From Saprolegnia diclina VS20 (Eukaryota): a DNA stretch of 64,000 bases. Below are positions 46,392 through 57,623 of the stretch, piece after piece (position 1 is the first letter of the stretch; every line of letters begins with the position of its first letter). The DNA is taken from assembly GCF_000281045.1 (NCBI RefSeq), contig NW_008246081.1, positions 1 to 64,000 on the forward strand, given 5' to 3'. Under the pieces are notes generated by a model. The model saw nothing but the letters and a program-made list of their open reading frames with translations, was not told where the DNA came from and ran no database searches. The position numbers and the translations under genes are program-made.

Positions 46392-47311
46392 ATGGGCAAG
46401 ACCTCGGCAGACAACCGCGTACGTGGCTGCGCTTGGTGTTGCCGCGCTCATGGCTCGTAGGACATCTTCTACCGCAAGGCCAAGGAGGTCGGCTTCCGCG
46501 CCCGCTCGGCCTTCAAGCTCATGCAGCTCGACGACCAGTTCAACCTCTTCCAGAGTGCGTCCTTCTTCTGCCTCGTCGCGCAACCTCTCACGCTTGCTTG
46601 CAGACGTGGAACGCGCCGTCGACTTGTGCGCCGCACCGGGCAGCTGGAGTCAAGTGCTGAGCCGAAAGCTCTATGAAAACCGGTCGATCCCGAACATTGA
46701 GGCCATCTCGCACGCGGACGCGGCCGAGCAGACGCAGATCCGCGTCGTGTCGGTGGACTTGCAAGAGATGGCGCCGATTCCCGGCGTCGCTACCATCCAA
46801 GGCGACATCACGTCGACCAAGACGGCGGAGCAGATCATCGCATACTTTCACGGGCAAAAGTATGCGTCGATCTATGAATCGTAGTCTGAGCACCGTGTGT
46901 AGGGCCGACATTGTCGTGTGCGACGGCGCGCCGGACGTGACGGGCGTCCATGACATTGACGAGTACGTCCAGTCGGAGCTCCTTCTCGCGGCGCTCAACA
47001 TTACGACGTTCGTGCTTTCGCCGGGCGGCAGCTTCGTGGCCAAGATCTTCCGCTGCAAGCACTACGAGTTCCTCGCGGCGCAGCTCAGCCTTTTCTTTGC
47101 CGAGGTGACGTGCGCCAAGCCGCAGTCGAGTCGCGCGTCCAGCAACGAACACTTTGTCGTGTGCCGCGGGTTTCAGTTGCCGCCGGGCTACACGCCCGTG
47201 ATGACGTCGCCGCTGCTGCCGCAGTACGGCCAGCCCAGCGAGATGAAGCGTGATCCCGAGCTCATCTCGTTCTTGGCGTGCGGCGACCTGAGCAGCTACG
47301 ACGAAGAGTAG
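46392..47311 (+). CDS. TRM7: tRNA (C32/N34) 2'-O-methyltransferase TRM7/FTSJ1 (multi-exon)
   Basis: [79 protein letters not shown]. Confidence 0.95.
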
Positions 47312-47445
47312 ATGTTTACAAATAGGACGCGACTGGATGGTTTTGTATTGCCTTGGCCAAGTACACTCGGATGCTCCGACATCGTATAACAAGGGCTGCA
47401 AAGGTGCACATCAAGGTGGGCAGCAATGTCTTAGGCCTTATTGCA

Positions 47446-48582
47446 CTAAGGGAACGTGGGCATGAGCTCGACGGGCTTGCACGCCGGTGCTTCGCTAAAG
47501 TACTCGTGTTGGAGCGCATCGGCGGCCGAGATACGCTGGTTTGGGTCGAGCGTCAAGAGCCGCTGCATCAAGTCAAACCCGGCGTTCGAGAGCGCGCTCT
47601 GACCGTACGTGAGGCTCGCGACAGGGAACTTCTCGCGCAGCACCGACCGCTTCGGGCCCTTCCACTTGACGTTGGCGACGTTTGGGAGGTCCGTGACACC
47701 CGGCCAGTTTTCTTCAGTCGGCGGCCCGAGGAGCTTAAATATTTGGTCGAGCTGGTCAATCTCGCCGCGCCCCATGAGGAGCGGCTTCATCAAGACAAGC
47801 TCTGCGAAGATGCACCCGACAGACCACATGTCTACCGCAGTCGAGTACGACGACGTGCCAAGGAGGAGCTCTGGTGCGCGGTACCACAGCGTCACGACGA
47901 GGAGCGTGTAGTTGCGGATCGGCGACCCGTACTTTCTGGCCATGCCAAAGTCGCAGACCTTAAGGACGCCGTCGTCGTAGAGCAAGTTGCTGCTCTTGAG
48001 GTCGCGGTGAATGTACCACTTGCCGTGCATGTAGGCCATGGCCGAGAGGAGCTGGCGCAGCAGCGTCTTGATCTCAGACTGCAGGAACGGGTGGTTCTCG
48101 GCCTTCTTCTTCTCGAGCACGTGCTTCAAGTCCTTCGTCGCGTAGTCCATGACCATGTAGATCTTGTCGGGCGTCGACCCGACCACCATCTCGCGCATGC
48201 GCACGATATTCGGGTGGTCAAGCGCGAGGAGGATGTTGGTTTCCCGCAGCGCCGTCACCGGAAAGCCTTCCCGGCACATGTCCACGGTCATCTTGACCTG
48301 CTTGAGCGCTACGATGTCGCCCGTCGCCTTGTCCCGCGCCTTGGACACGACGCCGTACGTGCCTTCGTCGATCTTGCCGATGCGCGCGTAGTTGTCGACG
48401 CCCCGACAGCGCGGCCGGCCCTTGGTCGCCCGCCGACCAGCGTCCGACGTCACGGCGTCGACTGCTGGCGCTACGTCGCTGGACTTGATCTCCTTGACGT
48501 CGACCTCGGTCTCGCGCCTGCTTCCCGCCCGGCGGTCGCTCTTGTCGTCCTCGTCGTCGCTGCTCCAGCGATTGCGCTTCAT
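47446..48582 (-). CDS. CDK11/CDK10 (PITSLRE-type) kinase
   Basis: Intronless; CRGVDNY..I.KIDEGTYGVV, EGFPVTALRE, HRDLKSSN, VVTLWYRAPELLLG, MPTFP. Confidence 0.92.
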   Translation of the reverse strand: MKRNRWSSDDEDDKSDRRAGSRRETEVDVKEIKSSDVAPAVDAVTSDAGRRATKGRPRCRGVDNYARIGKIDEGTYGVVSKARDKATGDIVALKQVKMTVDMCREGFPVTALRETNILLALDHPNIVRMREMVVGSTPDKIYMVMDYATKDLKHVLEKKKAENHPFLQSEIKTLLRQLLSAMAYMHGKWYIHRDLKSSNLLYDDGVLKVCDFGMARKYGSPIRNYTLLVVTLWYRAPELLLGTSSYSTAVDMWSVGCIFAELVLMKPLLMGRGEIDQLDQIFKLLGPPTEENWPGVTDLPNVANVKWKGPKRSVLREKFPVASLTYGQSALSNAGFDLMQRLLTLDPNQRISAADALQHEYFSEAPACKPVELMPTFP

Positions 48583-49657
48583 GATGGGCGACCCAATCCT
48601 TTGAAATGCGATCGAATCCAACAAAATCAGTTTTCAGAGGCATTTGGATTCGGCATGCATGCCGAATGTAGCACCCGTGAAAGCGGCCGAAGGGTTGAAG
48701 CTGACCGGATGCAGCTCTCGGCAACAGCCACCTGCGAGCTTTATGGCGGGCTCTCAAGACGGGAACCGCTTCACAGGATTTGGTGAGCAGTCAGTAGACT
48801 GTATGAAGACACCAAGTCTCGGACGCGACAGGAGACGAAATCGTGTGGCAGTGCAGGCCGTCGGACGAACATGCGATTGGCCTTTGCTGCACCGCGATAG
48901 ACTTGCATTCATGAGCTCGTCATGCAAACGAACGCATACCGGCCGCAACGAGCAACTCAGCTGCGGCGGTGCTTCCAACACCATCAACGTAGCGGTAGCA
49001 AGCGTCTGGCGTCACCTGGCAGAGACGGTCCCTGCTTGAGCACAACCGCGCGATCGGGATCTGGGCGCGAGGGATCGGTGAAGTCATGGCGGTGAAAAGT
49101 GGTACGACAGGGATCTTGTGCATGCTTTCGCAAGGCAGTTCTTATTTGACCAAGTCACGCCCGTGGCTGTCCCTTGTCATAGCGACGAGGCTGCCAATCA
49201 AGGCGCGGGAAAGAGACGCCGACAGGAATAATGACCAATCCCGCGGCGTGGATCCTGATGTGGCCAATCAGCGCGCGATCTTTTGGGAAATGACCTCCTT
49301 ACGTGGCAGCCACGGCGGCGATGACAGGTGACCTGGCCACCCACTTGACCTTGCCGTTTGTATTGAACTTGGGACTTTCAACAAAGTGGCCCGGATGATG
49401 GCACCCGCGCTGCTGTTTACAAATCGCTCGTCACACTCCGCGCGGTTTGTTGCATATACACACGCACCGAATAAAAAGCGTCGCAAGTCGAATTCAAGCG
49501 TATGCAATACAATTCATCCATTTAATTCATTGTCAGAGGTTTCTCAGGCTCGCGATCGCGCCTGTTGAACGCTCCATGTGGCGCCATATTCAAAGAAAGA
49601 GGTTGCGGCGACCTCGGTGGAAAGGCCCACTTGTCAATTTTTGAGACCGAGACTGCG

Positions 49658-52005
49658 ATGGTGGACGCGCTGAAGACGGTCGCCGACGACGACATGAAGC
49701 TATGTATGTACGCGCCGGCTGGCGCAGGCGCCTCACGCCTCTGCTTCTATAGTGTGGACGCCGTCCAAAGAGCTGCTGGCCTCCTCCAACTGGACCAAGT
49801 TTACGGCCTTTGTCAACAAGAAGCATCGGTACACACTGCTCTCTCAGTCGCTCCGCCACTAACACTGTCATAGCCTCCAGATTACGACGGTCGCCGAGCT
49901 CTGGCAGTGGTCAGTCGACCACATCTCGGACTTTTGGGCCGCGGTACGCTGCGATGTGATGACTATCGATGGCTAAGATTGACGCGTAGACGTGGGAGTA
50001 CACGGGCATGATCGCGTCGACGCCGTACACAAAGGTCATTGACGACGAGAAGAAGATGCCGGGCGCCAAGTTCTTTCCGGGCGCGCGCCTCAACTTTGCC
50101 GAGAACCTGCTGCGCTTCCGCGACGACCGGACCGCGATCGTGTTCAAGTCGGAGACGAGCAACACGCCGATCACGCTCACGTACAAGCAGCTTTACGCGC
50201 GCGTTGCGGCCTTGAGCCAGCGCCTGCGCGAGATGAAGGTCGTTGCTGGTGACCGTGTCGTTGGCTACATGCCCAACACGCCGGACGCGATCATCGCGAT
50301 GTTGGCGTCGACGAGGTACCTCAATTCTTCACGCTCGCATGCTCATAAGGACTAGTGTCGGCGCGGTCTGGTCGAGCTGCTCGCCCGACTTTGGCAAGAA
50401 CGGCGTCCTCGATCGCTTTGCGCAGATCACGCCCAAAGTCATGTTCACCACGGACGGGTACTTTTACAAGGGGAAGCGCATCGACACGATGCCGGGCCTG
50501 CGCGAGATCACGCACGAGCTCCCGTCGCTCGAGCGCATCGTCGTCTTCCGCTACACGATCGCCGATGCGTACGACCTCGACCTGCATAGCATCCCGCGTG
50601 CCGTGTACGCCGACACGTTTATCGCCGAGCTCCAGGCGCCGGTGAAAACCAGTATCGAGTTTGAGAAGCTGCCGTTCGACCACCCGGTCTACGTCATGTA
50701 CTCGTCCGGCACGACGGGCCTCCCCAAGTGCATCGTGCAAGGCCCCGGCGTGCTCCTCAACCACCTCAAGGAGCACGTGCTGCACCTCAACGTCACCCGC
50801 GACGACGTCGTCTTTTACTACACGACGACCGGCTGGATGATGTGGAACTGGCTCGTGAGCGGCCTCGCGGTCGGCGCCACGGTCGTCCTCTTTGACGGCA
50901 ACCCGCTGTACCCGTCGACGGCCGCGCTCTGGAAGTTCGCCGAGGTATCTCTCTACTAGATCGTAGCGACTAAGTTGGGCGGTGTAGGAAGTGGGCGTGA
51001 CAGTCTTTGGCACGAGCGCGCGGTACCTCGCGGCCGTCATGGACTCGCACTGCAAGCCCGGGAAGGAGTTTAACCTCTCGAAGCTCAAGATGATTGCGTC
51101 GACGGGGTCGCCGGCCAGCACCAACATCTTCCGCGTGCGTCTTGTCGATCTCATGGGGTTTCTTATTGCTCATCTACCAAATGTGTCTCTAGTTTGTCTA
51201 CACGGAGATCAAGACCGACGTGCAGTTTGCGTCCATCTCGGGGGGCACGGACCTCAACGGCTGCTTTGCGCTCGGGTGCACGAACCTCCCGGTGTACAAC
51301 GGCGAGCTCCAGTGCCGCGGCCTCGGCCTCGACGTGCACATCTTCAGCGACGACGGCAAGAAGCTCCTGAAAGAGCAGGGCGAGCTCGTCTGCCTCAAGC
51401 CGTTCCCGTCCATGCCGCTCTACTTTTACGGCGACAAGGACGGCTCCAAGTACTTTGGCGCGTGTACGACGTCCTCACGTAGAGGATCGGAGATCTGATT
51501 TTGCGTAGACTTTGACGTGTTTCCGAACGTGTGGCGCCACGGCGACTTTGCAGAAATCACGGCCAACGACGGCATGGTGCTCTACGGGCGCTCGGACGCG
51601 ACGCTCAACCCGGGTGGCGTCCGCATCGGCACGGCCGACATTTACAAGGTCGTCGAGCACATCAAGGACGTGGCCGACTGCGTCATCGTCGGCCAGGACT
51701 ATGTGCTCGCCGACGGCACGCCGGACGTCAAGATCGTCCTCTTTGTCGTCATGGCCGACGGCCTCGAACTCACAAAGGAGCTGCAAAAAAAAATTTGCAG
51801 CAAGATCCGCGCCGAGAACTCGCCGCGCCACGTGCCCGGCCTCATTGTCGCGTGCCCCGACATCCCGTACACGGTGAGCGGCAAGAAGGTCGAGATCGCC
51901 GTCAAGCGCATCCTCGGCGGCAAGCCCATCACGAACGCCAGCGCGCTCCGCAACCCCGAGTCGCTCACGTGGTTTGAGGTGTACGCGGCCGAGCACGCCA
52001 AGTAG
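49658..52005 (+). CDS. AACS: Acetoacetyl-CoA synthetase (multi-exon)
   Basis: ELWQWSVD, FFPGARLNFAENLL, WSSCSPDFG, YSSGTTGLPKCIV, TTTGWMMWNWL, SISGGTD, WRHGDF, GRSDATLNPGGVRIGT. Confidence 0.95.
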
Positions 52006-52044
52006 TTTTAGAGTAAGTCGCCCAATATGCATGATGCTTTGGAT

Positions 52045-52994
52045 TTAGCTTAAGAGCTCGCGGAAGAGCGCGAAGATGTCGTCGCCAGTCGACCACGTGC
52101 GCACGTTGACGCTGACGGGCGACGCAGCAAGGCGCTTCGCAAGCTCGTACTCGGCGCGGGCCAGCGCATAGTCGGTCCTATCGCGTTGTGAGTTTTGGAG
52201 AGCAGAGAGGAAGGGCGTACGAGCAGAGCTCGGACGTCGGGCAAAAGTCGCCGCCGCCATCGCCTGCGATTAGGTCATCGTCATGTTCCTGCAAGACTGG
52301 TGGGCGTACCAATGTAGACGATCTTGGTGTACGACTTGGCCGCCTTGATCGAACGCAAAATGGCGCCTAGGAGCCATGAGCGACGACGACGCAAGCAATT
52401 GTACCCTTGCACATGTTGACGGGGCACTTAGGGCAGCCGTGGAGCGCGTCGGCCTTGGGATGGAACGGGTGCACGCGCAGGATGTTGCCGTCGAACGTCC
52501 CGGGGTTGGTGAACACCGGGCGCACAATGTCCTGCAAGCCATGCAGCGCGAGCATGCTCTCGATGAAGACCGTGTTGGCGTCGCTCACAATCATAATCTC
52601 GGCGCCTTGGGCGTGGGCGAAGCGGACCGCCTCGAGCATACCTACCCACGATGAGCGCGAGCTCCGCTGATACATCGATGGTACCAGGCTGGACGGGCAC
52701 GCGCGCAATGGCCTCGATGAGCTGTTCGCGCGTCGTCGACGTCAATTGCCCAAGCGTTTGATCTAGCGGGCATGAGTCTCGACCGCATCGCCGACGTCGT
52801 ACCCACGGCGTCCGTCCACTGCACGCCGCTCGCCGTGAGCTGCTTGAGGTTGTCGAGCAGCGCCGGCTGGAGCTCCTTGAAGACGAACGTATCCGAGTTG
52901 TCGTTGATCAAGCTCCTACGCTCGGCTGCATGAGGCCACGCCCTTCGCCCGCCCGCCTGTTGCACCAGTCGTAGTCGAAGACAACCAAGGCCAT
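52045..52994 (-). CDS. PHOSPHO1/PHOSPHO2-family HAD phosphatase (multi-exon)
   Basis: MALVVFDYDW/SLINDNSD, IVSDANTVFIE, FTNP, HGCPKCPVNMCKG, GDGGGDFCP, WSTGDD. Confidence 0.9.
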
Positions 52995-53212
52995 TTTGCT
53001 GTAGTTCAGGCGGGGAATTCTAGGACTGCGGCGGTCGACCCACCGCTTGCATCCGAGATGGGTGGATTCGTTTGCATCAGGAGGGGGCGATTATCTCACA
53101 ATGCGCTGCACACGGTGGTTTTGAAACAGTAGAAATATTTATACCTGTAAATAAAATAAAATAATTGCTGGCTCTTTCCCTTTTGTACAGATATCGTCGG
53201 CGCCCGAGTCGC

Positions 53213-54322
53213 TCACTTGAATTGGGTAAAGAAGCTCAAGCGGGACGCGGAATCTTCGCGAAGGTCCGCGCCGCCGAGGCCGCCGTTGTCCGAGGAGAGG
53301 AACCAGTCCGAGGGCGACGACGAGTCGGTCGCGTCGCCGCTGCCGCCAATCGAGACCGCCGAAAAGTCCTTCCAGAGCTCGTCGGCCTGCAGCGAGAGGT
53401 CGCGCTTGAGCGGCGACTTGAGCGACGAGCCGGCGGGAACCGTGGGCGGAAGGCCAACCTTGGGCGAGGAGGCACCGACGGTCGGCGCCGGCGCCTCGTT
53501 GTCCGGGAACGACTGCGAAAACTTGAGAAGCACGCCGATCGCGTCTTGCAAGCCGTTGTACTCGACGCTCTGGTCCAGGACGTTGCTCATTGAAGGCGAC
53601 TTCTTGGGCGGGCCGATTGGGCTCGTCTTGGGCGCGTACGTGTGCTCAGACGGGCTGCGCAAGAACGTCGGCGTCGAAGCGACTTCGCCCGAGAGCCACG
53701 TCGGCGACGATTGGCCGTTGAGCATGCCAAGGTCCGAGTTGTAAGGCATGAGGCCATTCGATGCGGGGAGGTCCGAGTTGTACTGGGCGTTGAGGAACGA
53801 GAGGTCGCCTTGGGACGTGGGGGAGATCTCGTTACGTGGAGACAAGCCACTCGACTTGTACATCGACCCCGAGCGGCCGACGGGCTCCTCTTCGTGAATG
53901 AAGCGGCAGCGGCTACCGTAAGGGCAGTGGCCCGACCCCCAGTAGGACTTGCACTTGGTGGTCTTGTACTTGGGGTGGCGGAGCACGTGGCGAAGCTCGG
54001 GCATGCCGTGAGCAAACTGGCACTTGGCGCCGTAGCGGCAGCTGCCGTACTCGGAGAAGCGCTTGCAGAGCTCGGTCTTGTAGAGCGAGGGCTTGGCGTT
54101 GTTCTTGGGCGAGACGATCTGGCCCGAGAGGTCGTACTGGTCTTCGCCGTCGTCCATGTAGTGGCCGTGGGGCATGCCCATCGAGTGCGAGTGCTCGAGC
54201 GAGAGGCTGTAGGGCGGGGGCTGGTGGTTGGCGAGGTCCAGGTACTCGGCCTCGGAGTGGTGGCTGTTCATCATCCCCATCGAGAGCCGACGCTGCGAGT
54301 GGTCCATGGCCGTCACCAACAT
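53213..54322 (-). CDS. Tristetraprolin/ZFP36/Cth-like tandem CCCH zinc-finger protein
   Basis: LYKTELCKRFSEYGSCRYGAKCQFAHG...KYKTTKCKSYWGSGHCPYGSRCRFIH; C-terminal SRLSFFTQF resembles the NOT1-binding motif. Start at 54322 or 54307. Confidence 0.92.
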   Translation of the reverse strand: MLVTAMDHSQRRLSMGMMNSHHSEAEYLDLANHQPPPYSLSLEHSHSMGMPHGHYMDDGEDQYDLSGQIVSPKNNAKPSLYKTELCKRFSEYGSCRYGAKCQFAHGMPELRHVLRHPKYKTTKCKSYWGSGHCPYGSRCRFIHEEEPVGRSGSMYKSSGLSPRNEISPTSQGDLSFLNAQYNSDLPASNGLMPYNSDLGMLNGQSSPTWLSGEVASTPTFLRSPSEHTYAPKTSPIGPPKKSPSMSNVLDQSVEYNGLQDAIGVLLKFSQSFPDNEAPAPTVGASSPKVGLPPTVPAGSSLKSPLKRDLSLQADELWKDFSAVSIGGSGDATDSSSPSDWFLSSDNGGLGGADLREDSASRLSFFTQFK

Positions 54323-56255
54323 ACTGTTACGAAGAGCTTCTGGTAAAGTCAAATGCGGCGGACCCAAGGAGCGACTGCTTCTTGGGGCGTGCGGATTATG
54401 CGAAACAAGAGCAAATGAAAAAATGAACAATTACAAATCGGCATGCCTCTCCCGACGCGTATTTTAATAGCGTTTTTCGCACAGTCCATACAAACCGCCA
54501 TATAAATGGCACCGCTTCGGCGCGATTCTCGAAATTATGCCCGCAGCCCGTATTTTAATTCACGGCCGTACGAAATAACTACCCTCCACCAATATTCTCG
54601 TCCAATCCGTACAATCCTTCATTTTTCGAATCCTTCGCCGTACATCGTACATCCGTACAAACACTCCGTGAAAACACCGTACGGAGACCGTACAGAGCGT
54701 ACATTCCCCAGCTGGGCCAGGCGTCGCCGGCCAAGACGCCCTCGGATTGGCTGCTTCCCAGGTGCTGGCTGTGCAATAAAAATGCAGTCCGTTCGGTCCT
54801 GAATTTTATTTGAAGGCCTCTCTTTTTTTAAATTCTGCGACTCGGAAACTGACCCGCGTTGCATTATATTTCGTAGTATTATTTTGGTGTGCTATTTTAA
54901 AACGAGGTCACCTGTCGCCCGACTTCGGCGCGAATCGGCGATGATTTTTTCTTGCTAGCGGCCACTTTTTTTCGTATTTTAATGCAACGCGAGGTCTCCG
55001 CCAAAGTATCCAGCCGAACGATTCGTGGCGCTGCATGATGTGGCTGCCTTGGCCAGCTGAAATGCGACATGCTGTCGAGGGCATTCGCCAGCCTTGCTTC
55101 GCCATGGACATGCGGCGCCTGTGGACTGCCGCACACGGCCGAGCTGTCGCGCCAGTCGGCGACCCTCCACAACGCCCGACGCGGCGGAAGCCTTGCCAGC
55201 CGCATACCGTTTCACAGCGTCCTGAGATATCCACGTGCGTGTGATAGCGAGGCCGATGGGCGGCTCTGAGGTTGTCGTTGCCCTTGTGCCGTCGCGCAAG
55301 ACTAGCGCGTCGTGATGATAAGGCTTGAATACCGGGAAGACTTGTCGATTCCGAGGTGACGGACTTTGCAGTGCGCTCCCACAGCCCTCTGCAATGAAGG
55401 TGGCACGAAGAAGGCGGGAGAACCTTGCCAGCGGGGCGACTGATCCGTCGTTAGAAGCGCGGCGTACTGTCGCCGACCTGATAAATGCGATGCTTGCAGC
55501 GAATGACGACGGTACATATATAGGGACAATGCGAGGCGGCGGCAGTACACGGTACTACTATTCGACGCGGGAGCAAAGGGACCTTTAACGCCGTCCTCTG
55601 CTGGAGTAGCCTACGAGCTTGACGCAGGCCCAAGCGGCGCGGCAACCGCGCCGACGCCACGCTTCGGGAATCTTCCGCACCCAAGAATGCACGTCAGCCG
55701 CCTCCTGTTTGAAGTTGGATCGAACGCACACAATTACACAATTCACCGAGTGATCGGCTTTTCACACGCAAATACCACACGTGAAATTCGACGCCGAGAG
55801 TGCTGGTCGATTTTGAGTGAAGGTACGGTAACCGAGCATAACCGGTTAAGCAAACCGGTTGGTGGAGGAGTCACGCGCCGACTGCACCAAGCAAGGCAGG
55901 CCAGCAGAGCAGGCTGGCAGGCCAACACACAGGGCGAATGACGTGGCAGCTAATAGCTAGCGCCATGTTAGTCATGGGCTAGAGCGTTAGCAGCTCAAGT
56001 AGCGTGGTGGGGAGTTTTCTCATTCTAGAACCTTCGATGCAACGACCTTCGAAGCATCGAGCAAGGAAGGAGGACGAGATGGTGTTATTATTGTGGATTA
56101 TCATAAGCAAGCAGAAGCAGTCGCGCGGTCGGGCCGCTCGCTCGCGTCCGCTCGCAGCAATGATCCGCGAAGGGACCTAAGTACAGGAATAGAATATATG
56201 AATGAGACGTATCTTGGGCCCTTGGCGACAAGGAGGGGGTCAAACCACCCCCTTC

Positions 56256-56457
56256 NNNNNNNNNNNNNNNNNNNNNNNNNNNNNNNNNNNNNNNNNNNNN
56301 NNNNNNNNNNNNNNNNNNNNNNNNNNNNNNNNNNNNNNNNNNNNNNNNNNNNNNNNNNNNNNNNNNNNNNNNNNNNNNNNNNNNNNNNNNNNNNNNNNNN
56401 NNNNNNNNNNNNNNNNNNNNNNNNNNNNNNNNNNNNNNNNNNNNNNNNNNNNNNNNN
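56256..56457. other. Assembly gap within the RS-repeat coding region
   Basis: Run of N adjoining SRSRSP-coding repeats. Confidence 1.
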
Positions 56458-57047
56458 CTGCGACGGGGGCTGCGGCTACGGCTACGGCGAGGGCTACGAC
56501 TGCGGCTACGACCTGCACGACCAGCTTCCTTAATACTGATCACAGAGGTACCCATCTTGCACTTGAACTCCGAGTTGTTCAGCGTGTCCAGCGCCCGGTT
56601 CAAATCTTCCTTGTTGGAGAACTCGGCATAGCCGCCACCCCCACGCGAGTTGACCTTGGTGTAGATGACTTCACCCGCGGGACGCATGTGGTCCTTGAGG
56701 TCCTGCCACGACGCGCCGTCGGGCAAGTTGGTGACATCCAGGGCGTACTTGCCGCTGCCCGGCAAGTTACGGCCGAATTGGCTCGTGTTGCGGTCACCGC
56801 GGTCACGGTAGCCGCCCTTGGTGGGCTCGACGCGCAGGCGGGCGCCGTCAAAGCGGTAGCCGTCACGGCCGCGGATGGCATCGTCAGCGTCGCGCTCGTC
56901 CTCAAACTCGACAAAGGCAAAGGCCGGCGGGCGGCTGGGCAGCTTGATGTCAATGTCCACGATGCGCCCGTACTTGTAGAAGAGGTCGTCGATCTCGCGC
57001 GTACGCACGTCCATCGGAAGGTTTCCCACGTAGATGCGGCCGCCCAT
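56458..57047 (-). CDS. SRSF1/ASF-like SR splicing factor (3' end lost in gap)
   Basis: RIYVGNLP, AFAFVEFEDERDADDAIRGRDGY, pseudo-RRM SWQDLKDH, RS repeats running into the N gap. Confidence 0.92.
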
Positions 57048-57623
57048 TGTGCAGAGTCGAAGTTTCGAAATGTGTGGCATCAATGGCGCCCGGTTTCCAT
57101 TTCACTATCCGGATCTCCGGATAATAAAACCAGCCGACGCTGGCTAGTCGCACGCAACTTCAGCCACGCGGATGGCAGCTCCCTGCCCGTTGTCGGCGCC
57201 CGACGCTGAGAACCGTCCTATCGCGCGAGGCTATAGAAGATAAGATGGCGTTGATCTCGCATGCGCGCCATTCTCTGTCGACATCAGCTCGTCAAATCTG
57301 TAAAGGTTGGGTGTTTCAAGCCTACGAGGTTGGGCACGCGTCGTTGACACCTCCCTCGGCCAAAGACACGGCGACGCGGCTGGTCGCACGCAATTCACCA
57401 GGTGCCAACGGGCCAGGAGCGGTGCAGTTTAGCGCGGGCTCGTCGTGGGCCGAGGCCCTCGAGGCCTTTGGCGGTCGGCGCTCCGGGTCCGACGAGCCGG
57501 CGACGCGCGAAGAGCGAGCAGCGCTGCGTAGTCTTTACCGCCGAGAGCAACCTCTGATACTTGATGATTGCCAACATTGCTTTATGGAGTATTCCTATCG
57601 CATTTCGCATTTCGGCGAGCGTC

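Noticed and set aside
56088..56255. ORF-track extension of the SR protein beyond the N gap
   Set aside because: Frame continuity depends on an estimated gap length and the translation is not RS-like; the true 3' end cannot be determined
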